Virus record (IMG/VR): IMGVR_UViG_3300010970_000163
Source: an uncultured virus (IMG/VR IMGVR_UViG_3300010970_000163)
Lineage: Duplodnaviria; Heunggongvirae; Uroviricota; Caudoviricetes
DNA: 64,000 nt
Strand: one strand, 5' to 3'
This document shows, piece after piece, positions 21,549-32,086 of this stretch. Position 1 is the stretch's first letter; every line of letters starts with the position of its first letter. The notes under the pieces are model-generated. The model had not been told where the DNA came from. It saw only the letters and a list, made by a program, of their open reading frames with translations, and did not search any database. The position numbers were made by a program, and so were the translations under genes.

Positions 21549-21803
21549 ATGGCTAAAATTCAACCAATCACCTTCCCACTAAATGCGGGAACGGCAACAG
21601 AAATGACAGTTCTAATCTTGAACTTCCAAACAGACGCAACAACTTGCACTACCTATTACGAATTAAAAACGAACGAAGGCGCTGTTTTGAGCAATGGCAA
21701 CTACACTTTGACCGAAGAAGAATTTACAGCGTGGGGCGAGGACAACACGTGGGTAGAGCAATGCGTAGCAAACGCAATAGGTGTTGTAATTACAACCTTT
21801 TAA
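21549..21803 (+). CDS. Tail fibre accessory/chaperone-like protein
   Basis: Small acidic ORF directly after the fibre, with similar codon style to the distal fibre half. Confidence 0.5.
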   Translation: MAKIQPITFPLNAGTATEMTVLILNFQTDATTCTTYYELKTNEGAVLSNGNYTLTEEEFTAWGEDNTWVEQCVANAIGVVITTF

Positions 21804-21830
21804 TCGTATATTTGCTCAAACACAAATAAC

Positions 21831-21977
21831 ATGAAGGACATTGTAATTACCCCAGAACAAATGAAGCAGCTTGATGCTTTTATCCAGGAGATGCCTGTTA
21901 AGTACGGCATCCCTCTCATCAACTTTTTCAACGACATTGCCAAGGCGCAAAACGGAGAAGAGGTTGCTGAAAAATAA
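21831..21977 (+). CDS. Small hypothetical protein (48 aa, not in ORF track)
   Basis: MKDIVITPEQMKQLDAFIQEMPVKYGIPLINFF..., preceded by a TATATTTG box at 21807-21814. Confidence 0.6.
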   Translation: MKDIVITPEQMKQLDAFIQEMPVKYGIPLINFFNDIAKAQNGEEVAEK

Positions 21978-22116
21978 ATGATAAAACATTTGCAATTGCA
22001 GAATTAAGTTTTGTATATTTGTCATCATTGTTTTATCTTTCATAGATTTATTGATTATTGATTTAAGGGCAGATAAGGGGGAGCAATCCTCCTTATTTGT
22101 TTTAAACACAACGCCA

Positions 22117-22536
22117 ATGAAGTGCCAAGCCGAAGAGTGTTTTTGTACGGATTTTAACCGTACATTCTGTAAGAACTACAGAGAGGATGCGAAACCTAAG
22201 TCAAAAGGTCTCAAGAGAACTCAGTTCAAGAAAAAGTACAAGGCTACCGGAGAGATGGATCTCTTCAAACATCTATGGGAGACTCGAAAACATCGCTGTT
22301 ACGTCACAGGAAGAGAGTTGGAGTTCTCTCCATCAATCTGTTTTCACATCCTTGGTAAGGGAGCTTTTCCTGCCTATCGTCTCAACCCTTCCAACATCAT
22401 CTTTGTCAATGCGGAGTATCACACAGATTGGCATACCTTGTCGAGAGAAAAACTGTTACAGAAAGATAGCCGTTGGGCTTATGTATTCAAGCTTTACGAG
22501 ATGCTCAAGATAGCATATTACTCAGAAGGCTTGTAA
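22117..22536 (+). CDS. HNH-like nuclease (NinG/RusA-type role possible)
   Basis: CYVTG...CFHILGKGAFPAYRLNPSNIIFV..EYH resembles a degenerate HNH fold. Start reassigned to the ATG at 22117. Confidence 0.55.
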   Translation: MKCQAEECFCTDFNRTFCKNYREDAKPKSKGLKRTQFKKKYKATGEMDLFKHLWETRKHRCYVTGRELEFSPSICFHILGKGAFPAYRLNPSNIIFVNAEYHTDWHTLSREKLLQKDSRWAYVFKLYEMLKIAYYSEGL

Positions 22537-22560
22537 CATTTTTATATGTATATTTGTTAC

Positions 22561-22854
22561 ATGAGAAACTCATTAACAGGTACTAAAAAAGGCAAATCAG
22601 AGAGTGCCAAATACTTTCAGTCTAATCCAAAGGCGAAGGCTAAGAAAGATGCGTATAACAAGGAATATCACTCTACACCAGAGAGGCGTAAGTATCGTTC
22701 AGAATTGAACAAGGCTAACCGAAAGGCCGGCACAACTGGAAATAAGGATGGTAAGGACATGAGCCATACAAAGAAAGGAGTGATAGTACGAGAAAAGCAA
22801 TCAACTAACCGCGCGAGAAATGGGCGTAATGGAAAAAGCACTAAAAAAGAATAG
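22561..22854 (+). CDS. Small basic HNH-like protein
   Basis: Lys/Arg-rich with DGKDMSH...NRARNG; -7 box at 22549-22556. Confidence 0.5.
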   Translation: MRNSLTGTKKGKSESAKYFQSNPKAKAKKDAYNKEYHSTPERRKYRSELNKANRKAGTTGNKDGKDMSHTKKGVIVREKQSTNRARNGRNGKSTKKE

Positions 22855-22914
22855 GAAGTTATATTTTTTTATGTTATTTTTAGTGGATTGACAGAATCTT
22901 GATTATATTTACAT

Positions 22915-23922
22915 ATGGCATTTACTCAAGAAGAAATAGATTTCCTAATAGAAAATTACCCAGAAAAAGGAAAAATGTGGTGTTGCGAACAGTTAAATAA
23001 ACCTGAATCGCAAATAAGAACAAAAGCAGCAATTTTAGGACTTAGAATAAATAGAAAATCTAATTTTTTTATTGACTTTCAAAAAAGAGCAGCAGAATCA
23101 AAAAGAGGCAAAAAAAGACCTGAGCATTCTGCACTTATGAAAAAGTTAGTTAAAACGAAGAAATTTGATAGGTTTAGAATAACAAGCGAAGAGGATAAAA
23201 TAAGAATATCCATAACAAACAAAAAATGGATAAAAGAAAATGGGCATCCTAGAGGAATGTTGGGTAAGACACACAGCGAAGATTTAAAGAAAAAAATGTC
23301 TGAGCGTTCAAAAAAAATGTGGCAAGATCCAAATTCAATACTAAACAGCCTTGAATATAGACAGCGAGTATCTAACAGAATGTCAAAACTAATGAATTAC
23401 AGATTAAAAAACAGTGCGTCAAGCATATACAGTAAATCAAAAAAAGGTACTATATCAATAGGCGGTAATATTTTTTTTGCAAGATCTTCTTGGGAAGCTA
23501 ATATTGCTTCGTATTTAGAATTTTTAAAACAAAATAAAGAAATAGCTGCCTGGGAACATGAGCCTGAAACATTTTGGTTTCATGCAATTAAGAGAGGTGT
23601 TAGGTCTTATTTGCCTGATTTTAGGATTACAAATAATGACGGGAGTATATACTATATAGAGGTAAAAGGTTGGATGGATAATAAATCTAAAACGAAGCTG
23701 AAAAGAATGAGTAAATATTACCCTGATGTTGTTTTAGAATTAATAGACTCAAAAAGGTATAATGCAATATCTAAAAATAAAGGTGTTATTCCTAATTGGG
23801 GAATGCTTGATTCTATAGAAGATAACAGAACTGTAAGAAAGTGTTTAATGGAAGAGTGTGATCAACCACATCATTCGAAAAATCTTTGCAGAAAGCATTT
23901 TTACCTGAAGTATAAAAAATAA
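22915..23922 (+). CDS. Free-standing homing-endonuclease-like gene (NUMOD3-like repeats plus PD-(D/E)xK nuclease)
   Basis: GKTHSEDLKKKMSE motif, RSSWE, YLPDF...YIEVKGW and a C-terminal Cys/His finger. Much more A-rich than its neighbours. Confidence 0.75.
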   Translation: MAFTQEEIDFLIENYPEKGKMWCCEQLNKPESQIRTKAAILGLRINRKSNFFIDFQKRAAESKRGKKRPEHSALMKKLVKTKKFDRFRITSEEDKIRISITNKKWIKENGHPRGMLGKTHSEDLKKKMSERSKKMWQDPNSILNSLEYRQRVSNRMSKLMNYRLKNSASSIYSKSKKGTISIGGNIFFARSSWEANIASYLEFLKQNKEIAAWEHEPETFWFHAIKRGVRSYLPDFRITNNDGSIYYIEVKGWMDNKSKTKLKRMSKYYPDVVLELIDSKRYNAISKNKGVIPNWGMLDSIEDNRTVRKCLMEECDQPHHSKNLCRKHFYLKYKK

Positions 23923-23935
23923 TTTATTGTGAGTA

Positions 23936-23979
23936 GAAGGTGATAGTAAAACCACTTTCATGGTTTTACATTTACCTTC
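23936..23979. terminator. Long hairpin between convergent transcription units
   Basis: GAAGGTGATAGTAAAACCA-ctttca-TGGTTTTACATTTACCTTC. Confidence 0.55.
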
Positions 23980-24298
23980 ATTCCTTCATCTTAAATATAA
24001 TATCAATAACCCTCTGTCTATTCTCTTCATCATCTATAAAGTGTAGCATCTCATTGAGGGACTCTGAGACACTATCCGAGTATGTAAATTTAATAAAGGA
24101 TGGATCAACTAGGTGAAGATCACCATCCACAGATTCAACGATAGCGACAGACTCTCCACTTGAGAAGCCCCATGAGTGGAAGAAGCCTGTCCTTGCGCCA
24201 TCGAAATGAACCATATTGTTTTCGCCATCCCACTTAAAGCATAAGCCTTTCTCGATAGCGACACCGGTCCAATATTTAACCCTTCTGTACGTCTTCAT
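23978..24298 (-). CDS. Hypothetical protein
   Basis: 106-aa ORF with GFFHSWG...AIVE..DG motif. Confidence 0.6.
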   Translation of the reverse strand: MKTYRRVKYWTGVAIEKGLCFKWDGENNMVHFDGARTGFFHSWGFSSGESVAIVESVDGDLHLVDPSFIKFTYSDSVSESLNEMLHFIDDEENRQRVIDIIFKMKE

Positions 24299-24551
24299 CT
24301 TCTATTACAAGAAGTATATCTCCCTGAGCGATTAAACCGTACTTAACATCATTCTCCATTATCCACGTCACCTTTTTATCGGCAAACTTAATACGGTCAT
24401 TCATCTTAACCTCTGTTACTTCCTCTCCCATAGAGATTACAATGCCCTCATCAGGCACGTTGCGAGATACAAAGTCAGTGTGTAATACATCAGACTGAAT
24501 GTTTTTCTTCGTTACAAGTTTAAACTTAACTCGATCAAATAGTGGTTGCAT
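24276..24551 (-). CDS. groES: GroES-like co-chaperonin
   Basis: MQPLFDRV...EGIVISMGEEVTEVKMNDRIKF...YGLIAQGDILLVI. Confidence 0.85.
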   Translation of the reverse strand: MQPLFDRVKFKLVTKKNIQSDVLHTDFVSRNVPDEGIVISMGEEVTEVKMNDRIKFADKKVTWIMENDVKYGLIAQGDILLVIEDEDVQKG

Positions 24552-24558
24552 ATATTTT

Positions 24559-25008
24559 TTATTTTAAAAGTTTAGCAGTTAATAAAATACCCCCTGTAAA
24601 GGCTACAGGAACGCCAAGGATCGTAGCTGTCTTCCATCCCCATCTCTTACCATTCATCTTCCAGTACTCATCCTCTAAAGAGATGTAATCCATGGACTTC
24701 TGATCGTATAGGAGATTAAGATTCTCGTATTGCTTTTCCTTTGCCTCAAGTGAGAGCATATACTGATTGGCAATATCTTCAGCCAAGGATACCTGCTCAT
24801 TAAGATTGTCTATCTTCTCCATATTTGTTTTGTACATGGACCGGTAGAATTTCTCGGAGGCAAATACCTTATTGATTATCTTGACATCCTCAGTCTTAAG
24901 GCAAGTCAAAGTATCCCTCCCGATCAAGATCCTTGAACTCTGCGAGGTTAGTTGAGAGAAGACCTGATTGCTGATTAGGAGTAGCAAGATCAATATACCT
25001 TTTTTCAT
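24559..25008 (-). CDS. Putative spanin-like membrane protein
   Basis: Signal peptide, coiled coil and C-terminal TM; overlaps the next gene. Confidence 0.45.
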   Translation of the reverse strand: MKKGILILLLLISNQVFSQLTSQSSRILIGRDTLTCLKTEDVKIINKVFASEKFYRSMYKTNMEKIDNLNEQVSLAEDIANQYMLSLEAKEKQYENLNLLYDQKSMDYISLEDEYWKMNGKRWGWKTATILGVPVAFTGGILLTAKLLK

Positions 25009-25324
25009 CTTTGTATTTATTTTTATTCGTTTGTTCCTTACTCTCTATGAAGATTACATCTCCCTTAAGTGTGGACATTCTGTTCTGGAGATCAACAATG
25101 TTTTGTTTGTGTCTGTCTATCTCTTCCTGTTTGTCCTGTATTTCTTTCTTAAGGTTGTTCTCGTATAGAGTGTTGTCCTGTTTTCTTTTTACGCTACGTA
25201 AGTGCAAGAAGGCAAATAAGATGAGAAAGAAGAAGGCTATAGAGACTATAGCCAACTCCTGTTTATTTATCCTTATTGTCCAATTCTTCCTTAATAGCCT
25301 TAGCTTGTTGAAGAGCTTGTTCAT
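24896..25324 (-). CDS. Putative i-spanin-like protein
   Basis: N-terminal TM followed by a long coiled coil; overlaps its partner gene. Confidence 0.45.
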   Translation of the reverse strand: MNKLFNKLRLLRKNWTIRINKQELAIVSIAFFFLILFAFLHLRSVKRKQDNTLYENNLKKEIQDKQEEIDRHKQNIVDLQNRMSTLKGDVIFIESKEQTNKNKYKDEKRYIDLATPNQQSGLLSTNLAEFKDLDREGYFDLP

Positions 25325-25628
25325 GTTTGTAAGTTTTAATGATTTGTACAACGTCATGATACGAGAACCATGGTAGAGTGGCGATCTCCTGAACCAATTC
25401 CTCGGCATCCTCTAAAGCCTTGAGGTAAAAACCTCCACCCTCTATATCAAAGAGGGCAGTGGCTAACACCTTGTACTTTTGTTCAGCAGCCTTGATAAAT
25501 TGATTACCCTTCATCTTAACCTCCTTCTCCCAAAAGGGAGGGCCTATGTGGTCAGAGATATTAATAAAGGCATTGGCATGGATAACAGATGCAATGATCT
25601 GGTGTTTCTTGTGATCGTCTAAAATCAT
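25263..25628 (-). CDS. Hypothetical protein
   Basis: 121-aa ORF coupled to the exonuclease gene. Confidence 0.6.
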   Translation of the reverse strand: MILDDHKKHQIIASVIHANAFINISDHIGPPFWEKEVKMKGNQFIKAAEQKYKVLATALFDIEGGGFYLKALEDAEELVQEIATLPWFSYHDVVQIIKTYKHEQALQQAKAIKEELDNKDK

Positions 25629-26314
25629 CTATTTGTAAGTATTTCTATTAAGTGTTTCTTATAAGCTACTGCCTTCTCAAGAACGGTATCAATAACTTCC
25701 TTTGTGTTGCTCTGCAAATGTACGGGAATTATTGCCATCTTGTTCTTACCATCCATGCGAGGATCGTAAGATATGAACATACCTTCTTCCTTACCGGCTA
25801 CTAGCATATTCATTTGTAGTTGCCACCAGTATGCCTTTCTCTCCTTGAGCAATTCAGCCTCGTCCTTTATGAGTAGGTTCTGAACGTGGTTCTCAAAGTT
25901 GTAGGGACATTTGATCTCGATCACACCGAAGCGTGAGCATAGGCCGTCCGGTGATCCACCTGCGTGGTCTCCATAAGGAATAAAGCCTGTTGAATCCACG
26001 GTAGACTCCATAAGTTCAGCGTATAGGTTACAGGCCTCAGCCTCGTGGTCCAATCCCCAGTCTGTAGCGGCAGAGTTAGTAGTCTGCTCAACTCCGGCCA
26101 TCTCCTCGGCAACCTTAGACATGACGTAAGACTTAGCTGTCTCAGACATCTCTCCCTTCTCACGGGCCTCCTTTGATTGAGGGTTTGTTAGTAGCTTGTA
26201 GATCTCAGATGAGGTAAACTTACCCACACGAGCGTTGAACCAAGCCTGTGACCGCTGATCTGCGGCCATAGCTTGTTCCTTTAAAATTTCGTTCAGTAGA
26301 TTATTCACTATCAC
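25625..26314 (-). CDS. YqaJ/lambda-type recombination exonuclease
   Basis: QRSQAWFNARVGKFTSS, WGLDHEAEA, GGSPDGL, IEIKCP and YWWQLQ motifs. Confidence 0.92.
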   Translation of the reverse strand: MIVNNLLNEILKEQAMAADQRSQAWFNARVGKFTSSEIYKLLTNPQSKEAREKGEMSETAKSYVMSKVAEEMAGVEQTTNSAATDWGLDHEAEACNLYAELMESTVDSTGFIPYGDHAGGSPDGLCSRFGVIEIKCPYNFENHVQNLLIKDEAELLKERKAYWWQLQMNMLVAGKEEGMFISYDPRMDGKNKMAIIPVHLQSNTKEVIDTVLEKAVAYKKHLIEILTNR

Positions 26315-27170
26315 CTCCTTTCTTGTTCTTAGCCTTAGCCTTCTCGATAATCTCTTTCTTCTGCTCAGGATCGATCATAACTGACTCGTCAGATAGTGCC
26401 GCCTCAAGTTCCACGACATTAGTAGTCTTCTCAAGTAGACGTTCAATCTGCTCCTCGCTCATCTTAACGTACTCGACAGTCTTGTACTCCTCGTTATCGA
26501 TAGAGATAGCAGTGTTAACCTTCTCAATCTTATCTAAAGCGAAAGATGATTTAGGTATAGACTTCCAGCCTCTCTTCACAACAGTCTTACGAGCCATCTC
26601 ACCGTAGTCAGAAGACCATGGGCCAATATCCTTACGGCCTGTCTCTGAACGATTCTTAATGGCATCAATCTGAGGTTTCCACATGATCTCGAATAGCTTC
26701 TCGTCATTGTGTAGTACGAAGATTGCGTACACAGCTATCACATCGCTGTCCTTAAAGGTCTCCCCCTTAGGTCTGTGAATAATCTCAGGGTTTGTCCCCT
26801 GAACAAACTCGAAGTCATCCCCTCGGTAAACTACCGAAGATGAGACAGACTTGATAATCCCCGTGTCAGAGATAAGTTTAATCATCCCCTGATATCCCGG
26901 CATTAGCTTCGCGTTGCCCTTGAAAGGAACTAGGTAAGCCAAGTTCATCACAGGGTTCAACGATAACTTTGTTAAGGCACAGTTGAAGACTGCCATGGCC
27001 ACAGATTGTGGGTTTGAATTTGCTAGAACAGAGTTGTTGTTAGCAGCTTGGATGGCGAAAGACATCTCTCTCATGAGGACTTCTTCTCCTCCCATCAGTT
27101 TAATCATTTCCTCTCTGCGAGGTTCGATGAACGGCATTACCGTCTTTGGTGAAATTGTTATGTTTGACAT
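26301..27170 (-). CDS. recT: RecT-family single-strand annealing protein
   Basis: LSLNPVMNLAYLVPF...GYQGMIKL and PW..DY.EMARKTV motifs. Confidence 0.92.
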   Translation of the reverse strand: MSNITISPKTVMPFIEPRREEMIKLMGGEEVLMREMSFAIQAANNNSVLANSNPQSVAMAVFNCALTKLSLNPVMNLAYLVPFKGNAKLMPGYQGMIKLISDTGIIKSVSSSVVYRGDDFEFVQGTNPEIIHRPKGETFKDSDVIAVYAIFVLHNDEKLFEIMWKPQIDAIKNRSETGRKDIGPWSSDYGEMARKTVVKRGWKSIPKSSFALDKIEKVNTAISIDNEEYKTVEYVKMSEEQIERLLEKTTNVVELEAALSDESVMIDPEQKKEIIEKAKAKNKKGGDSE

Positions 27171-27189
27171 TTTGTGTGTAATTTACTAA

Positions 27190-30100
27190 TTAATAATCGT
27201 CTCTCTCGAAGTCTGCATCTTCTTCCTTAGTGCATTCGTAGCACAGCCCTATCTCATCTTCTATTTCGTCTTGAATCTCTGAATCGGAAAGACCTTCGTA
27301 CTCTGGATTGAATCTTCGTAAGTCTGCAATGCGGTCATTGATTGCATCTTGTTCGCAGTAACGGCAGTAGTCACTCATATGATTTATTTTTTATTGGTTT
27401 ATACAAATATACAAAAGAATTATAAACTTTTACAATTCCTCTCGAAAAAAGTTTCTAACAATTCTATGTGTTCTTTATGTTCCTCCTTAATCTCCCTTCC
27501 GTCAGGGCTGAAAATCCTCTTGAGAATCTTCCTCCTCTGATCGATATCCATAGGGTAGAGAGCAAGGTCAAAGGCCAGATAAGCCTTAGGATCATTTTTC
27601 ATTCCGGTCCTAGTCAGTATGGCAAGCACTCTTTTGTGAAGGTTGTCTAACTCCATGTACTTCTCGGCACGGGTTCTATATGTCTTACTACGAGAAAAGT
27701 TTGCCATTGTTTCTATCTTCAGTTCGTTCTATACATTTCTTAATTGCTCTCCAATCTTCCACATCCTCCTCGTTAAATTTAGGTGTACCGAAGAAGAGAG
27801 ACATCATCCTACTTATATGCTTCTTGTCATAATCTGGACGGAATACCAAGAGAGCCTTCCGAGGGTTTATATTCCTCTCGGCAAAATACAAGAACCATTT
27901 AGCCCTTTTTTTGTGTACTGATTTCATCTATTACCTTTTCAATTTTTGAGCGTAATTCATCTACCTCGTCACAATACTCGATCAGCCCCTGTAGTAATAC
28001 TTCGATCTTCTCCCTGTTCTTTAGAGGCTTTTTCCGGCCAACAAGATCGTTCATATACCTAGTTGAGAGGCCTTTCTTCTTACATATATAGTACATATTT
28101 ATTACGTCAGCATGAGACCTACATGATGAAATAAGATAATCTAAAACGTGCTTGGGTATCTCTTGTTGCCCTATCTTATTTTCTTCCACGCCCCCCTTAG
28201 CTTTATTGTCTCCTACTATCATCATCGGCCCGTTTTTTTTCGGTTTGTGCGTCTGAACGCCAGACGTTTTCTGAAGTTGTGCAAAAATATGCTCACCCTG
28301 ATTCGTGTGTACGTCAGGTCTAATTTCCTATCGGTTTCTTGCTTAATCATGTGCGTGTGTTTTTTAATTAGTGAAATAGTGTTTAATATATTGTGTTACA
28401 AATATAGTGAAAATAAAAAAAGGGAATAGGCAATTAAGCCTACTCCCTCTTTCGTTAACCAATAAACACCACGAACTAATTGTATTGTAAATGTTTCTCT
28501 AGGAAGATAATCTCGCTGTCATCGAACGGACTCCAGTCTCCAGCTGAATCTTCATCAGCCTCCATGTCGAAGGTGTAGGCGCAGTTCTCAATTGTAACTT
28601 CTTCCTCGTCCATGTTAATGTAACCTTGCAGGTACACCTGAACTTCTTTCTTGCCTGAGTCCACAACGTGAACTGAGTCAAAGGCTAGTAATCTTCCTGA
28701 CGGGTAAACGTCTAGTTCTACTTGGTCTGCTATGTCTTTAATGAAGTACTTCATAATTTGCCCTCCAATTCGTTTATCTCGTTTGTTAATTGTATTAATG
28801 CCTGCTTCCTCTTCTCAAGAGTCTCTCGCTTGATTCTGGCCATGTCCTCCTGATACGTCTCATGCCATGCAGATAGAGATTCCAATACGGCAGAGGTAAG
28901 AGAGTCGAGAACCTCCTCAATGTTTGTGGCGTAGTGGAACTCCAAGGTAACCCCTCGGTAATTCGAGAAGTTAACCTTGAACTCAACCTCACCGAAGTTG
29001 AAGTACACGGAGGTGAACTCCCTCTCCTTATCGGCATTCATTTGGTGTATCCTAACATTAGGCGTGTGTCTCACTATCTCTCCAATGATGGAGTAATTCT
29101 CATGCATATCTGCAACATTACGTGCAATGCTAATTAGCTTTTCGATTTGTGTTTTCATGTGTGTAATTAATTAAGTAAGTTTTTAATTGCTGAAGCAAGA
29201 GGTATACTCATGAGTAAACCTATGCCGATTAATGTTATTGTCATGGACTCCAAAGAGATTCCCGTGTACAAGATAATGATCAGGACAGCGGCAATTCCAT
29301 ATGCAATTCTCTCGTTACGCATTTGCACCTCCAGTCAAGAACTCAATCTTGTTATTCTCTGCAAGGAATTTCTTCCCTTCAGTAGTTGTTACTGAGTGCA
29401 AATACATTTCAGGGTTTGAGCGTGTCCCTACATTCTCGCTTAAGTAGTCTTCAATCTCGTGAACTACTCCGTTAATTTTAACTTTCATCATGGCATTATG
29501 TTTTTAAATTGTTCTTGGTCTTTTTTCCATTGTTCATATTCAGCAATGGCCTGAGAGAAGGAGGATAGTAAGAGGTTTCTCCTCTTGTACTCCACCTTCC
29601 TGTTTTGGTGAACCTCTAGCGTGTACGTCTCACCCGTCTTATTGAAGAAGAATGTTGTCTCGTTCATAGGTGTGTATTCGTTAGTTCTAGTTCAACCCTG
29701 TAATCGTGTCCTCGTCCTCCAGATTCGTAGGTAACGAGATTACCTTGATAGGTAACCTCGACTTCGTAGCCTAACTCGTCTGTCATCTCGAAGAATCTGG
29801 AGAGAGCCTTGTCTCGTGTGTGGAATACAATGTCTTGTATGCCTCCGATATGTTCTTGCATTGGGCGTTTCTTAATTGTTAGTACATTCATGTGTTTAGA
29901 TTTTAGTTGATTCGATTAGTGTGTAATACTCATCATATAGGTCGTTGAAGATATCTTGCGCCTCTTCGGTGTATTTCTCCCCCTCTTCAGATTCCTCCCA
30001 AATTTGTATGCGGTCATAGTGTACTCTTTCAAGGTGTGCCGAAGCAAGTTCAGAAGCAAGTTCTACGGCATTAATGGTGATTTCGTGTGTGTTCATAGCA

Positions 30101-31638
30101 ATGAAATTTTAGGGGTTGTTTTAGATTTATTCTTAAAGTAATGTACTGCTTCATCTAGACTACTGAAGTACTGCTGGTCTGAGTGGTTGTAAAGTTTATT
30201 TCCATTGCTCAGGTATAGCTCTTTGCTCTCCTCGTCCCACACCGACTCGACAATTGTATCATGTTCAATGGTGTAGTAAGTGTCTCCCTCGGTAAAAGGG
30301 TAGCTCCAATCAGAGTCATGTAATTGAGCCAGAAAAACAATGGTCTTTACTGCCTCTAGCGTATCTGAATCTTCAAACACCTCACTCTCCATCAAGTCAT
30401 TTCGTACCTGAATGGAAAGTGTATTGATTACTTTGAAGATATCTTCCTGTGTTACTTGTTGTGTGTTCATGTGTTTATTGTTTTTTTTTAGTTTATACTT
30501 TCTTTGTATCCTACGCTAATTCCAATGTCAAGTCCTTGCTCCAGAGCCTCGGTTAATTGCCCGTGAGATTCAATCAGGGACTCTGAGTCATCGTCATATA
30601 AAGCGAATAATTCAAATAATCCTGATGTGTAAATTTCCTTTGCCTTGCCCGTTACTAACAAGTAAACGAACCCGTCTTTCATTGTCTTTGTTGTCTTGTT
30701 TTTCATATGTTTATTAGTTGTTAAATGTTTCTTCCGCTAACTCTGTTACCTCTCCCTCAGGAGAAATAAACCCTGCGTCTATCATGGCCGAAGCTACTCG
30801 TCCATAGTGTCCCTGAAGACTCCAAGCCATTTTAGTTTTTACTAGGTCGGCAAAGAAGTTAATTGTCTCAGCCTCGTTCAGCTCCCCTGATTCGTAGGCC
30901 ATTAGTGTGTTAATGTTCATGTGTGTGTATTTATTAGTTAAGTTTCTCAATTGTCAGTACGTCCATCATTTTTCGGTACATAAGTTTCGTGTAGTTCATA
31001 ACGTGTACCTCGTTATTGAAGTTCACCTCACTCACTACCACTCTCCCGTAGATTTGAACTCGTAGTTCTACTTTAGCCCTGCAGGGAAAGGTTATTGCTC
31101 CCTTTAACATCGGCAATTTCATGTTGTGATAAGTTGTTTTCATTTTACGTTTATTGAATTAAGTACATTTTTGAACCCCTTGTACACGGCCTGCTTGTAG
31201 GCCTTACTATCATGGCCTAGAACACTCGACATCATTAGGCTAGTCATCGAGGCGTAACGGAAAACAATTTCCTTGTACACATGTTCGAATGTCTCCCCGT
31301 TTCGAAGGGCTGTGTACAATTCCTCCTCCGAATTTATCACGGGGTTAGTGAAGGACTCTTCCTGATTCGCTCTCATGTGTGCATCAGCGATTTGTTTCTG
31401 AAGTTTAGTAATACGTTCCATGTGTGATTTATTTATTTGGTTATTAGTACTCGCAGTGAATGATTTCGATTTCCATTTTAAACGTATTCCCTAGAGACCA
31501 CGCATACATTTTATCATTTGTTATTTTCAGTGAATTGTGTCTCGCATGTGATAAGAGAATACTGATTGCTCTTGCTTCACTCTGAAAAACTGATGAATTT
31601 GTTAATTCACGATTGGTGTAGAAATTTACTTTGTACAT
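27190..31638 (-). other. Cluster of about 18 small co-oriented hypothetical early genes
   Basis: Tightly packed minus-strand ORFs of 40-135 aa with A/C-rich leaders, including 27190-27378, 27420-27707, 27688-27927, 27899-28225, 28476-28754, 28751-29158, 29664-29891, 29896-30096, 30093-30470, 30488-30706, 30714-30950, 30934-31143, 31140-31421 and 31444-31638. Confidence 0.75.
28416..28452 (-). terminator. Intrinsic terminator
   Basis: Minus strand GGGAGTAGGC-ttaatt-GCCTATTCCC followed by a T run, downstream of 28476-28754. Confidence 0.7.
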
Positions 31639-31651
31639 GTTTATAAATATT

Positions 31652-31729
31652 GGTTAAGAGCGAACCCCGTAGGGCCTGAGCATGCACTCGTTTAATCGCT
31701 TTCGTCCACTCAGGACTCATCAGTTAACC
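31652..31729 (-). ncRNA. Type I hammerhead ribozyme (HH-B)
   Basis: GGUUAA-CUGAUGA-GUCC ugagu GGAC-GAAA-GCGA...UCGC-UC-UUAACC: complete core with three stems and a CUC cleavage triplet. Confidence 0.9.
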
Positions 31730-32070
31730 TAGAACTCTATGAAGTACTCTGCATCAAAGGTGTATTGCTCTCCTTTGAACTCAGGGTTATACACTAGCGT
31801 TCCCTCCTCGTTGAACTTCATCCCTATGCACTCTTGTGTGAACTTCATGCACATGGCACCCACTAAAATTCTAGCACTCTCCGAGTCCATGGCGGTGATA
31901 ATTTTAGCGACCAAGGTCGGTTCAGGATTAGTAATGTACTCTCCAAGGTCTTCTCGTGTAGCGACTATCTCACCCTCGAAGGCGTGTACCAAGGCACGAG
32001 TAATTAGTTCGAAAGAGTAAGGGTTATTGTTTAACCCGATGTTCAGTTGAAATACGTTCATGTTTTCCAT
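31729..32070 (-). CDS. Putative S-adenosylmethionine lyase (SAMase), anti-restriction protein
   Basis: GEY...EPTLV...MCMKFTQECI...GTLVY matches in order the T3 SAMase pattern as I recall it (GCY...EKTV...AC...EQDCV...AGLVY). Early-region location fits. Confidence 0.65.
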   Translation of the reverse strand: MENMNVFQLNIGLNNNPYSFELITRALVHAFEGEIVATREDLGEYITNPEPTLVAKIITAMDSESARILVGAMCMKFTQECIGMKFNEEGTLVYNPEFKGEQYTFDAEYFIEF

Positions 32071-32086
32071 GTGTTTATTGTTTATT

